From a virus (taxonomy: Duplodnaviria > Caudoviricetes), in the IMG/VR virus record IMGVR_UViG_3300009705_000019, positions 1-54,282 of that record: DNA of 54,282 nucleotides; one strand, written 5' to 3'. The number at the start of each line of letters is the position of its first letter. Position 1 is the first letter of the stretch. Under the pieces are notes generated by a model that saw nothing but the letters and a program-made list of their open reading frames with translations, had not been told where the DNA came from and searched no databases. Below, piece after piece: positions 37,026 to 46,700 of the stretch. The position numbers and the translations under genes are program-made.

Positions 37026-38861
37026 TCAAAACCCCATTGCGTTGCCGAGATCGTAGTCTATGCCTGACGGGTATGGCTGGTATTCATGTTCGGGCGTTTC
37101 ACGTTGTAGTTTAAGTTCCTCATCATATTCCGCTTGCATCCCGTAGTGGCCTTCTGGCATGACTGGTTCGCCTGTGTATTCAGCCCAACACTTTTCCGAA
37201 CAGAAGTTTCTAACACCAATGGCGGTGAGTATTTCCATAGATGCCTTGACCGGACAATTGATACATAGGTGAAGTCTTCCCGTAGGGTCTTTCACTTCTT
37301 CGATTACCTGTATTGATTCCGTAATTGGAATAACAATATCTGGGGAAGGAACAAACCGATCATCATCTGGTGATTCATACGGTTCAGCGTCTTCAATGAT
37401 AGCCTCGAATTCAGCCACTACCGCCTCTCTATCAATCAATGCTTCAATCGGTATCTCCTTGCGAGCCACCACGCCATCAGGCGTGAGTTCGACTGTGATA
37501 CCCTGAGCCACCAATTCTTCATCGCTGAGGTTTGTTGTTGCCTCAATTGGAATCTCTTGAGATTCTTCTTCATCAACCGTTGGTCCAGCAAAAGGTAATT
37601 CATCTTGCGGCCTGATGATGAAGTGGATTGGTCGGCCACGTGCATAACGACCCGTTGGGGAACGCTCACAGGTGATGAGAAGTCGCTTGGGTGTGTCAAT
37701 GCCGTCTAAGACGGTATCATCCAGTTCAAATCCAAGTTCAGTCCATTCATCCGTGTGGCAATGGGTGTAATCGGCCTCAGCCTCGAACTTATCCAATGCT
37801 CGCTTGATGGTTTGAACATGGCAACCTGCGAGGTCTGCAACATCGTTGATGGTGATTGCGCCCCTGTGGTATTCAGCATTCAGTTCATGCTTAATCCAGG
37901 CTACGGTTTCCTTCTTGAAATTATGTGGATTGATGTTTTCATCCTCCACGATCTCATTTTCTTTAGCAATGCGTTCAGCATATTCTAAATCCGATTCGAT
38001 GTGTATTTTGATTTCATCCACTGGTGGTGTCGGGTCAGCCAACATAAAACCCCCATCATCCTTAGCAACACGTTCAGCATATTCTAAATCCGATTCAATG
38101 TGTATTTTGATTTCATCTGCGACCAATTCAGCCGTTGGTGTAGTTCCGCCTCCAATGACAAGTTCCGGTGAATGGTGATGGTCTTCATCACCAGATAGCA
38201 AAGCATCAGCGTGTTGAGATAGAAGTTCAGCAGGGCTAATACTTGCCTCGACAACCTCTTCAACAATTGGTTCTTCAACCTGCTCAAGTGTTTGAACATC
38301 AAAGGTGAAATGTAATTTCGGAGTTCCAGCAGACTTGCTACGGAAAGTTCTTCGGAATGATTCCATCATCTCGGCAACTTCTATTGCATGGTGAGGTTCT
38401 GGAAGTGATGATTGGTCAATCTTCATCTTGCCTTCTTCATCAACTTGCATAGAACGATTTATTGCCGCATTGATACCCTGTGTATATTTGATAGCGATTG
38501 TTGCATCACCCTCACACATTACAATCATTGCATCTATGAACATACCAATCAACCATTCTCTCGGAATAGTTGCCGGTGTTGCTTTGTCGCTCAAACCGAC
38601 TGGTATTGATACCATTGCTTTGCTTTCATCGGTTGGTTGAACTGTGAATAATTGGTTGCCGACTCGAATTTGAATATCGGATTGCTGAACCTCAGCAATT
38701 GGTTTCTTTCCACGTTCCTTTCGTTCTTCGGCACTGAGATGAACTCCATGTTCCGATTGCCATTGCTTGGTGAATACATCACCCATCAATTTCAATACTG
38801 GTCCAATATCTGCGCTCAGTCCTACGTTTTCTGCTGCTTCGGTTATATCTTTTCGACTCAT
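37026..38861 (-). CDS. Acidic multidomain protein with HTH and C-terminal TRASH/YHS-like metal-binding motif
   Basis: ITINDVADLAGCHVQTIKRAL (HTH), CINC...NFCSEKCW and an internal duplication. Confidence 0.65.
   Translation of the reverse strand: MSRKDITEAAENVGLSADIGPVLKLMGDVFTKQWQSEHGVHLSAEERKERGKKPIAEVQQSDIQIRVGNQLFTVQPTDESKAMVSIPVGLSDKATPATIPREWLIGMFIDAMIVMCEGDATIAIKYTQGINAAINRSMQVDEEGKMKIDQSSLPEPHHAIEVAEMMESFRRTFRSKSAGTPKLHFTFDVQTLEQVEEPIVEEVVEASISPAELLSQHADALLSGDEDHHHSPELVIGGGTTPTAELVADEIKIHIESDLEYAERVAKDDGGFMLADPTPPVDEIKIHIESDLEYAERIAKENEIVEDENINPHNFKKETVAWIKHELNAEYHRGAITINDVADLAGCHVQTIKRALDKFEAEADYTHCHTDEWTELGFELDDTVLDGIDTPKRLLITCERSPTGRYARGRPIHFIIRPQDELPFAGPTVDEEESQEIPIEATTNLSDEELVAQGITVELTPDGVVARKEIPIEALIDREAVVAEFEAIIEDAEPYESPDDDRFVPSPDIVIPITESIQVIEEVKDPTGRLHLCINCPVKASMEILTAIGVRNFCSEKCWAEYTGEPVMPEGHYGMQAEYDEELKLQRETPEHEYQPYPSGIDYDLGNAMGF
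37972..38117. repeat. 47-bp direct repeat (37972-38018 and 38071-38117, 1 mismatch) encoding DEIKIHIESDLEYAER twice
   Basis: Read directly from the sequence; 99-nt period, in frame. Confidence 0.9.
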
Positions 38862-38905
38862 AATCAATCACTTACCCTTTCACGGTTAAGTAATCCACAT
38901 AGGGC

Positions 38906-38917
38906 AGGGTATATCAA
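38906..38917 (-). promoter_or_regulatory. Promoter-like motif TTGATATACCCT
   Basis: Identical 12-mer at 49074-49085; both are intergenic and upstream of minus-strand genes. Confidence 0.55.
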
Positions 38918-38918
38918 C

Positions 38919-39254
38919 TTAGTTATTAGCCAAACCCCAAGAGTTCGCATACTGGGATTTCAGTTCTGGATGCAATAGTAGGAGAGGATGATTCAAACGC
39001 CACATGGAAATCCTATACCTATCGCCTCTCACCGACACAACCTGCGGGGCATCGGAATGATGGTGATCGATGAGTTTTATGAAAATTGCTTCTTTACCCA
39101 ATACGTTGTTTAGACTGTTTTTGGTGCAACCATGACGCATAGCAAATTTGCTTCCAGAATCATTAAGTTGGCCGTAAATATCGGAGGTTGTTAAATCTCC
39201 TTGTTCTTCCAGCATTTTAATTATCTTTACTCGAACTCTTTTTGTTCTCGCCAT
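38919..39254 (-). CDS. Winged-helix DNA-binding protein
   Basis: IIKMLEEQGDLTTSDIYGQLN...TKNSLNNVLGK...F pattern; start ATG 39254. Confidence 0.6.
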   Translation of the reverse strand: MARTKRVRVKIIKMLEEQGDLTTSDIYGQLNDSGSKFAMRHGCTKNSLNNVLGKEAIFIKLIDHHHSDAPQVVSVRGDRYRISMWRLNHPLLLLHPELKSQYANSWGLANN

Positions 39255-39289
39255 AATTAGAAGGAACGGGTATTCCCAATTAAACCCTC

Positions 39290-40921
39290 TCACATTTGAG
39301 GCATGGGTGGACCGGCAGGTGACGGGTTCATTCTAATTACATCATCAATGCGAAGAACCATAATCGCCGCTTCTGTTGCTGAGGTTAATGCTTGAAGATG
39401 AAGTGCTGTTGGTTCGACGATCCCCTGCTTTAGAGCATCATGAGGGTGCGCTTTTCCTTCTGGCTCAACATCAATAAAATACCGATAGTTTCCATCAGCA
39501 CTATTCTTGCACAAATCTAAAAGTTCATCCACAGGATCAAGACCTGCATTTTCAGCAATCGCTGATGGGATTTGTAATAGAGCGTCAGCGAAAGCATCCA
39601 CCGCCATTTGAACTCGCCCTTCGGGTCTGCAATGTTTCTTTAATGAATTATACAAGAATGCCTGAGTCGCACCACCACCCAACAAGATTCCATCATCGTT
39701 CTTCATCAACCACGCAACGCCCACAGCATCCTCTAATGCACGTTCAACCTCTTCGGCAACATGACTGGTTGCACCACAGGCTATTACCGTTTGAATTGGC
39801 GATGAGTCTTTTGTATTGGTGAGCATTACCAAATCAAAATCGAATCGGTCTGTGACCATGAATCCACATTTTCCTAAATCAAAATCATCAATTGGATTGC
39901 TTAGGCTCGAAACAATGTTTGCCCCTGAAATGCGACTTGCTGAATCGAGATCGGATTTCTTAACTGAATGAACGGCTGAAATATCATGCTTCTTGAGGTA
40001 ATGCAAAGCCAAATCATCAATTTTCTTTTGAGTTAATACAAGCGTTGCGCCAGATTGATGAATTAGTTCCACCATATCCCGTATTGCATCTTCTTCTTGG
40101 CGAAGGAATTCTTCAACCTGTAATGGATTGGTAATTTGAACCTGAGCATCCATGCTCGTTTTCTTTGGCTCAACGGCGCAATCGAGAAGGAGAACCTTAG
40201 CATCGGTATTGCTTCGTGACATTGTTTGACTTGCCAAATCACGCTCAATGACAATACCAGGTATAGAATGAGTATCTTCTTCATTTGTTCCGCTTGCTGA
40301 TATGAAATGAACATCGTCTATTGTATTGACATTCCCCACCACTTTTTGAGCCAAGAGAGCCAATTTATGCTGAATTCCTTCGGCGGATTTGCCAGTTAGA
40401 GAACTGAATGCTGCATGATATGATATGTCCTTCACCATGACTTTTCCACTACCTTCTTCATCCTCCATTTCCTTACGATTATTCACAGCGAGTTCTTGAA
40501 GTTCGGTCAAACAAAAATCCTTAGCGATTCGGAATCCTTTACAAATTGTAGTAGGATGGATGCCTTTATCCAGCAAACGTTCCGCTTCACCGAGAAGTGA
40601 ACCAGATAATACCACCGCACTTGTAGTGCCGTCAAAACAACGGCTTTCCTGAGTCTTAGCCACTTCAACAATCATCTTAGCGGCTGGATGTTCGATTCCG
40701 ATCTCTCGGAGAATTGATACTCCATCGTTTGTGATGATTACATTTCCCGTAGGGTCGATCAACATCTTATCCATACCTAATGGTCCAAGAGTTGATTTGA
40801 TTGCATCGCCAACCGCTTTGGCGGCTTGGATATTATTTCTTTGGGCGGCTGAACCATTTGTTTGTTCAGTTCCCTTTTGCATGATATACACAGGCTGTTG
40901 CCCGTTTGATGCTGGCTGCAT
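39290..40921 (-). CDS. ths: Group II chaperonin (thermosome subunit)
   Basis: [44 protein letters not shown]. Confidence 0.95.
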   Translation of the reverse strand: MQPASNGQQPVYIMQKGTEQTNGSAAQRNNIQAAKAVGDAIKSTLGPLGMDKMLIDPTGNVIITNDGVSILREIGIEHPAAKMIVEVAKTQESRCFDGTTSAVVLSGSLLGEAERLLDKGIHPTTICKGFRIAKDFCLTELQELAVNNRKEMEDEEGSGKVMVKDISYHAAFSSLTGKSAEGIQHKLALLAQKVVGNVNTIDDVHFISASGTNEEDTHSIPGIVIERDLASQTMSRSNTDAKVLLLDCAVEPKKTSMDAQVQITNPLQVEEFLRQEEDAIRDMVELIHQSGATLVLTQKKIDDLALHYLKKHDISAVHSVKKSDLDSASRISGANIVSSLSNPIDDFDLGKCGFMVTDRFDFDLVMLTNTKDSSPIQTVIACGATSHVAEEVERALEDAVGVAWLMKNDDGILLGGGATQAFLYNSLKKHCRPEGRVQMAVDAFADALLQIPSAIAENAGLDPVDELLDLCKNSADGNYRYFIDVEPEGKAHPHDALKQGIVEPTALHLQALTSATEAAIMVLRIDDVIRMNPSPAGPPMPQM

Positions 40922-40945
40922 AATCCCACCGTATCAATGTCCTTC

Positions 40946-40960
40946 TTATCAAGGCTCACT
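40946..40960 (-). promoter_or_regulatory. Promoter-like motif AGTGAGCCTTGATAA upstream of the thermosome gene
   Basis: Shares AGTGAGCCTT exactly with 22427-22436. Confidence 0.5.
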
Positions 40961-41385
40961 TATGCCTCTAAGCCGAACTCGTCACCATCTTCGTCAGTAG
41001 CACGTGCTGAGAGTCTAATTATATCGCTCTTGACAATTTCACCCATTGCGTATTGCCAACGCCACGCCACAGGTTCAGGGGCAATGATGTAGCAACTGGG
41101 GTCGGGCGGTATTGGTTGCATAACCCACTTCTCGATTTCATCATCGCCAATCCCTATGGAGTAAGTTGTAATTACAGACTTTCCTCCCGTAAATGATTCT
41201 TTGATCTTCACCAGCCCTTCAAATCCAGGTTTGATAGTTTTAATGACCGTTCCATTATAGGCCGTTCCAGAATCATAATTATAGATCGGAACAATGTCAC
41301 CCTCATAGTAAATCTGGCCGTCAAGGATATTGTAATACCCATGTTCAATTTTTAATTTGCGTTCAATATCTTCCCAATCGTTCAT
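40960..41385 (-). CDS. Hypothetical protein
   Basis: 141-aa ORF in the operon. Confidence 0.6.
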   Translation of the reverse strand: MNDWEDIERKLKIEHGYYNILDGQIYYEGDIVPIYNYDSGTAYNGTVIKTIKPGFEGLVKIKESFTGGKSVITTYSIGIGDDEIEKWVMQPIPPDPSCYIIAPEPVAWRWQYAMGEIVKSDIIRLSARATDEDGDEFGLEA

Positions 41386-41386
41386 G

Positions 41387-41524
41387 TTAATACCCCTTCT
41401 TGTTCGGTTGCTTATTCTTACTCGACCATTCTTTGAGACAGGTTTTGCACATCCATACTCCGTGTTTATTTTGGTCAGTGGCTATACCCAAGCACGTAAA
41501 GTATTTGTATTTACAATCCACCAT
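41387..41524 (-). CDS. 45-aa Cys-rich microprotein (not in ORF track)
   Basis: Own translation: MVDCKYKYFTCLGIATDQNKHGVWMCKTCLKEWSSKNKQPNKKGY; GGAGG RBS. Confidence 0.6.
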   Translation of the reverse strand: MVDCKYKYFTCLGIATDQNKHGVWMCKTCLKEWSSKNKQPNKKGY

Positions 41525-41527
41525 TTT

Positions 41528-41914
41528 TCAATCCTCCATCTCCAATACAACTACTACATCGCCTAAAACAAAGTCATGCGGATAGAATAAATGCGTGATG
41601 GGATTGATGTTTTCTTTGAGGTATTCATCTCGTTCTTCATCTGTATTGAGGCTCATGTATGGCAATTTAGATTCCTCATTCATGATAATCTCACATAATT
41701 TTCCTGTCGTTTGATAATCGACCCCAAAGAGATCGGTATCAACAAAGGGAATATCGAGTTCGCCTTGAGTATAGAAGTCAGGGGCATACTCGATAAGTCC
41801 TCCTACGGCCTCTTGTAGCGTTGCGAGGTCTGGTTCATCATCAGCCCACTTCTCACCTACTGGGAGAACTGAGGACTCGCCATCAGGCTGAATCAATATC
41901 CACTTGCGAGTCAT
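41528..41914 (-). CDS. DUF3846-like protein
   Basis: LATLQEAVGGLIE...MNEESKL...GDVVV; start ATG 41914 (ATGA overlap). Confidence 0.65.
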   Translation of the reverse strand: MTRKWILIQPDGESSVLPVGEKWADDEPDLATLQEAVGGLIEYAPDFYTQGELDIPFVDTDLFGVDYQTTGKLCEIIMNEESKLPYMSLNTDEERDEYLKENINPITHLFYPHDFVLGDVVVVLEMED

Positions 41915-42207
41915 TGTGATGCCTCCTTTGTCACAGGACAGACCCATGAACTATTGCCATCATCAAGGTATATTTCGATTTGATTGTGGCATTCGCAACG
42001 TGTCTTATTCCATCGTCGTGTCTTAGGATTCCAGGTCAAGTGGTGGTATTGCTCGAAACAAGTCGCACACCACCATTCATCGGATTTGAGGGGGTATTCA
42101 AACAATGTTTGTCGATCATCATCTCCGCAATCGCATGAGGCACAGGATAGAGATTCTGGGTCGAACAATTTAGCAACGCCTATTCTCTTGAAGTAAAGTG
42201 GATTCAT
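41911..42207 (-). CDS. Cys-rich (Zn-finger) hypothetical protein
   Basis: CASC...CATC...CEC...CP. Confidence 0.6.
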   Translation of the reverse strand: MNPLYFKRIGVAKLFDPESLSCASCDCGDDDRQTLFEYPLKSDEWWCATCFEQYHHLTWNPKTRRWNKTRCECHNQIEIYLDDGNSSWVCPVTKEASQ

Positions 42208-42662
42208 TGAGAACCCTCCTTCAACTTATGAATCGGTATCTGTCTGGTGATTCGGCATTCTGGATAAGATGAACAACCCAAGAATACTCCATGCTTGCCC
42301 TTCTTAGGCAATAGGATGCCATCTCCGCACGTGCAGGTCATAGGCTTAGGAATAGAGGCAAAGATGCCATCAATGCGGCTCAGGAGGTTCTTACGCCAAT
42401 TCTGTGTCCTATGAACACGTGTGGTGCTGTGGAATCCCTGCCCCTTCTCATTGACGCACAGAACACGGATTGCATCGCCACCCGCTTTTCTGCCCGATCC
42501 ATTAGCAATAGTGGAATAGACTCGAACTCGGAATCCTTCGCCATATGGCATTTCATAGACGGTTTCATTGCATGGGTGTCCTGGTTCCGCTTGAGCAAGC
42601 CCCAGTTCGACCATGAATTCCTCCATCTCATCAGCCGAGATGTTTTGATACTCAGCCGCCAT
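42204..42662 (-). CDS. Protein with C-terminal topoisomerase-type C4 Zn-ribbon
   Basis: CTCG...KKGKHGVFLGCSSYPECR. Confidence 0.75.
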   Translation of the reverse strand: MAAEYQNISADEMEEFMVELGLAQAEPGHPCNETVYEMPYGEGFRVRVYSTIANGSGRKAGGDAIRVLCVNEKGQGFHSTTRVHRTQNWRKNLLSRIDGIFASIPKPMTCTCGDGILLPKKGKHGVFLGCSSYPECRITRQIPIHKLKEGSQ

Positions 42663-43192
42663 CAGTATTCACCTCGCATATCAACGCAGGTCCAACGATA
42701 CTCCGACTTATGATAAGAAAAGTAGCCCTGCTCGAATGACTTAGAAACATGAACTTCGGTGCTATCGCAAACCTTGTCTTGGAAATCACCTGCCAGATGG
42801 AGATTCCAATACCGTTTCATTCTTTCAAGAGAGGAACAGGTAAAACCCACTTCGGGAATACCGCCCTCGCTACAAATCATCACATACAATGATTCTGTCG
42901 CTACTTCACCATGAATACGTTCTGCATGGCATTGAGGTAGTTCCATCGCACACAGGCCGTTCTCAGGCACAAAGGATAGTTCCTCCACATCATCTGGAAT
43001 AATCTCGCCACCGCACCCATCACAGGTTTCTGTGACCGTATGCCTTGCACCACCTAATGCGGTGTGTATGGTCATGAGTTCTTGAATATCGCAAGCCTCA
43101 ATGGAGGCTGAGAGAAGTGCTTCAAGATTTGAAGTCAAATCCTCGATTGACATATCCTCAACAGGCGTGGTGAAATCTGGTGTGCGGCTCAT
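42662..43192 (-). CDS. Hypothetical protein (CxxC pairs)
   Basis: CDGC...PQCH; coupled ORF. Confidence 0.6.
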   Translation of the reverse strand: MSRTPDFTTPVEDMSIEDLTSNLEALLSASIEACDIQELMTIHTALGGARHTVTETCDGCGGEIIPDDVEELSFVPENGLCAMELPQCHAERIHGEVATESLYVMICSEGGIPEVGFTCSSLERMKRYWNLHLAGDFQDKVCDSTEVHVSKSFEQGYFSYHKSEYRWTCVDMRGEY

Positions 43193-43743
43193 TCGCTTGC
43201 CTCCTTGTCAAGATGGCGATGCTTGGCATACTGGAATTCCTTCTCAGCAATCTGTGTTGAGAGGCGCAGGGCTTCATCGGAAAGTTCGGAAATCTGTTTT
43301 AAGACGAAAACCAATTGTTCTCGATCTCCTTCAATGTCAGTTGTCAAATCATTTATTGCCCGTTGCTCAGGCGAAAGAATATCGCAATCGCAATTGCATG
43401 ACCAGCATTGGCCGCATGGACCCTGACAAGTATTATCCCCAGTATTCATCTCACCACACGCCTTACATTTGTGGTCTTTCACGTTGTAATGCGGGTCTGT
43501 ATCAACTGACATTTCGACTGTTTTTGTATCTTCTTTCATAGCGCAAGACTGACACCATACTACATCCCCACCATGATTTTCTGGCGTGGAGTAGCAACTG
43601 AGTTGATCGGAGTTCTCACCCGCACAGATTGGAACACTACATTCACAGCATTTGCCATCAGGGTATTTGGAATTACAATCAACGCAATTGAGTCCAGCCC
43701 AACTGTGGGTGTTCTCGCTTTTTCCTGTCTCTATTTTCCTCAT
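43189..43743 (-). CDS. Multi-Zn-finger protein with C-terminal coiled coil
   Basis: Numerous CxxC motifs followed by a heptad-like helix. Confidence 0.65.
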   Translation of the reverse strand: MRKIETGKSENTHSWAGLNCVDCNSKYPDGKCCECSVPICAGENSDQLSCYSTPENHGGDVVWCQSCAMKEDTKTVEMSVDTDPHYNVKDHKCKACGEMNTGDNTCQGPCGQCWSCNCDCDILSPEQRAINDLTTDIEGDREQLVFVLKQISELSDEALRLSTQIAEKEFQYAKHRHLDKEASE

Positions 43744-46700
43744 TCTTTCACTTCCTGTTGCGTCGATTCGACCTCTCCGCTATCAGCATCCACACCCGAT
43801 AGGGTATTTGAAGCCTCTTCGGGGAGGGCGAGCCATTCCTGTTTCGAGGCTGGTCGTCTATCGGTCACTTTGATAACCCATTCGCCATCCTTCTTTGTAT
43901 GACCATTCACCATACGATTCCATGTGGTTTGACCTTCTGCAATAGCACCCTTTCGAGTTCCACTTTCAAAGCAACGAGCAACCATGTATCGGCGGATAAA
44001 GGCGGCGACAACATCTGCAACATCCCCTTGCAGGTCTGTTATGTCAATGCCCTTTAGGAGATCGTGATTATGAGGAATGATGATTGAACCTTTGTCATTG
44101 CGTTTGAATTGATTACAGGTAATCTGTGTTTCAAGTTCCAGACTCCATTGGTATGTCATTGATTTGAAACGCTCTTTGCTACCCTGTGAGCATCCTTTGG
44201 CGTTGTTGGCCTCGATTGCACGATAGGGTTCGCTGTTGAGATGATTTGAACGCATAGCAAGCCCTTCATCATTGATTCCATAGGTCACGAAGTTCGCACG
44301 ACTTGACCAAGACTCAGTTCTAAAAACCTCTTTCGTGTCTTTGTTAATTCCTGTGGCGGGCATCATAATAGCAAGAACGCAATACTTTTTATCGCCAGAT
44401 TCTTTAACATCTTGAACTTCAAAAAGAACCTCATTGAGAAGCCCTTCTTGAACTGGTATAGATGCCAGGATTGGGTGAATAGCACCTGCGCCATGTTCGC
44501 CTATCCACTTCTTGACACAGTTCTTACAGAAGTTATCCTCGCTCATCACATTGGTTGAAACATTGCGAGCATTGTAGCCCCATCCCTGCATATATGATGT
44601 GCGAAGGCTAATCTCAGTATCAGCCGTTGATTCAAGAGGTCGGCCACCAGATGGATGAGTATGTGTGCTGTTTGAACCAATCTTTCCGCCGATCCATTCC
44701 GACTTAGGATTGTTGAGAGTTGGATGAATTGAATAGGATTTGCCGCACATGGATTTGCCAGTTGGCTCAGTAATGCTTGCATCAATGTGCATCTTCGCCT
44801 TGATGCTACCGTCTTTGATAGCACCACGCTTCAAGAGGATGAAAGGTTCTGGTGCTGTTTGAGGTAGGATAGGTGCTTCTTCGGCCTCTAAGGGTGCTTC
44901 ATTGGCCTCATAGAATATCCCTGCCACTTCATCTCCCCTCATGTGGCGTATCTCCTTTGTTTCATCTGTATAACCACTGATAGTGCGATTAGTTCCTTTG
45001 TTAATCTCATCAAATTCATCAAATTGTTCTAAGGTCATTGTATCAACTCTCCCATCGTGATATTCAACTTCAACATATTCGGAGTCGCCGCCAGAATCGC
45101 TCTCAGGGCTGTCCTGTGGCGATGAATCATCATCGGTGGGAGTATCGGACATCATGCCCACTTCATCACGGTTAAACGCCGTTTCAAGACGCTTCTCAAC
45201 ATCTTCACAGACTTGACCATTGAGTTCAGCATTAACAACGATGGTCTGCTTTTGCGCTCTTGTATATGCAACATAGGCCATTGATACTTCATTGACCGCC
45301 GACTCAGGAGATGCTTCACAGGCTCGCTTATTCATGAAGCAATCCATAACTTGAGGCTTGCCATCATCGTCTTCACCTGCAACAGATTGAACGATGAACA
45401 TAACTTCGGCCTCATCACCTTTGTAGCGATGGATAGTAGCGATGTGAACAGCATTGCCGCCTCGCTCACTAAACAGTTCATCCTTGACCCAGTTCATGAG
45501 AGCATCAGCGAGATTCTTTCCCTTTGGTGTTGAGTCAGTTCCCTTCGATCTGTGAAGTGATACAAATGCTACAAGGAGTTCAATTTGACCCATCACATCT
45601 TGAAATGCTGTTGCCTGAGCCATTGCCTTTGTATCACCCTTGAACAAGTCTGTATATTTTCCAATAACTACATTCTTGATGTTCTCTAAGTCACGCAAAA
45701 GAAGTGAATGCTGACCTATTTTCATCGTTGCCATCTTATGCCATCCAAGACCAATCATGGTCTTTGAATTAACATTCTTGTATGATTCATCCAGCGAGCC
45801 AGTTCTTGACTTCTTAGCGACAGTAAATGCTTCATCAACCAATCCCAGTGAACCGCCAATAGTAGCCGGAGTTGATACTGGAATGCCATTCTTGATGAAG
45901 GTTAGAATATAATCTGCAAGAGGTTTTTTGAGGCGACAAAGAAGGCCAAAGGTTGTTTCATCACCATGAAGTGCTTTGGATTTATGATATGCCTTTACGA
46001 TCTCATCGCCAGTGATTTGACACGGCAATGCACCCTTCGGCCAGAATTCATAACCTGCCTCAAGAGGTGAACGGTGAGCATCATAATCAGGGAGGTCGAT
46101 ACCTGACCAATATCCACGTGCAATATCAGCAAAGCGAGAGCAAGCATATCTCGCCGTCTTAGCGACCATATCAGTTCCCCTCCAACAGATAGTCTGTGGA
46201 TAGAAGGTAGCATCAATACTGGCTGCATTGTCCTCAAATGCTTGACTCGAAGCCCCGCAAAATAAATAAATTGCTTGGCGCAAATCTCCGCAAATTACTT
46301 TGTGAGCATCCTCTTTCACCAGTCGCCAAACAAGTTGAGCCTTGAGAACTGAGAGGTCTTGAACTTCATCAACAAATACAACATCAGCCTTCTCATATTC
46401 TGGGATTTGAAGGTCAAGTGCATGAGGGAGGTATATTTGGTCAGCCATGCTGAGAATCAATGTTCCTTTGCTACCTGATGATGCTTCATAAGCAACGGAT
46501 TCAATCTCCACATCCAGTTGGTTATCCAGTTCATCACCGAACTCTTTTGAGAGCAAAGCAAGCACCTTTCCAATACAATTAGGCTTGATAACAGCAGTTC
46601 CCAAGTTGGAGTCATAGTGTCGCCATGTGTTGATATTCTCGCCATCGACCATGTGTGTTCCCTTCTTTCCGAACTGAGTTCCAGCACCTTTACCGCCAAT

